Positions 63,917 through 64,000 of a stretch of DNA of 64,000 nt are shown here, in pieces. The first letter of the stretch is position 1. Each line of letters begins with the position of its first letter. Both the position numbers and the translations under genes were made by a program. Where the stretch lies: assembly GCF_031769215.1 (NCBI RefSeq), contig NW_026781945.1:62001-126000 (forward strand), written 5' to 3'. This DNA is from Ylistrum balloti. Its lineage: Eukaryota. The notes below the pieces were generated by a model that saw nothing but the letters and a program-made list of their open reading frames with translations, was not told the origin of the DNA and made no database searches.

Positions 63917-64000
63917 TTTCAAAATTTTGATATGGAATATTTCAATTGTGGCAGTATTGATGTTTACAGTGAAATAATTAAATAGCAACCAATTTCTTGA

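Overview
AT-rich, intron-rich eukaryotic DNA; the repeat families look mollusc/bivalve-like (inference). No prokaryotic features, CRISPR arrays, rRNA or tRNA were seen. I hand-spliced five recognisable genes with frame-consistent GT-AG boundaries: VCPIP1 (- strand, runs off the left edge), PPP1R2 (+, head-to-head with VCPIP1), SMYD4 (-, single coding exon), PSMD2/Rpn1 (-, 21 exons, 904 aa) and KIF17/OSM-3-like kinesin-2 (+, divergent from PSMD2, runs off the right edge). Introns hold tandem arrays (30, 44, 56, 84-85 and ~146 bp units), TIR elements, Helentron/HINE-like elements and decayed LINE and Gypsy fragments. Best leads: (1) the last PSMD2 intron is a U12-type minor intron that also contains a strong U2-type branch point and acceptor; (2) a candidate small-exon gene between PSMD2 and SMYD4 that the ORF track does not assemble, with a lipocalin-like GxW motif; (3) a KIF17 tandem array that copies an exon end plus its 5' splice site 14 times; (4) a perfect 32-bp CRE-centred palindrome between PSMD2 and KIF17. 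All homology calls come from recalled protein motifs, not database searches, and I cannot say whether any lead is undescribed.
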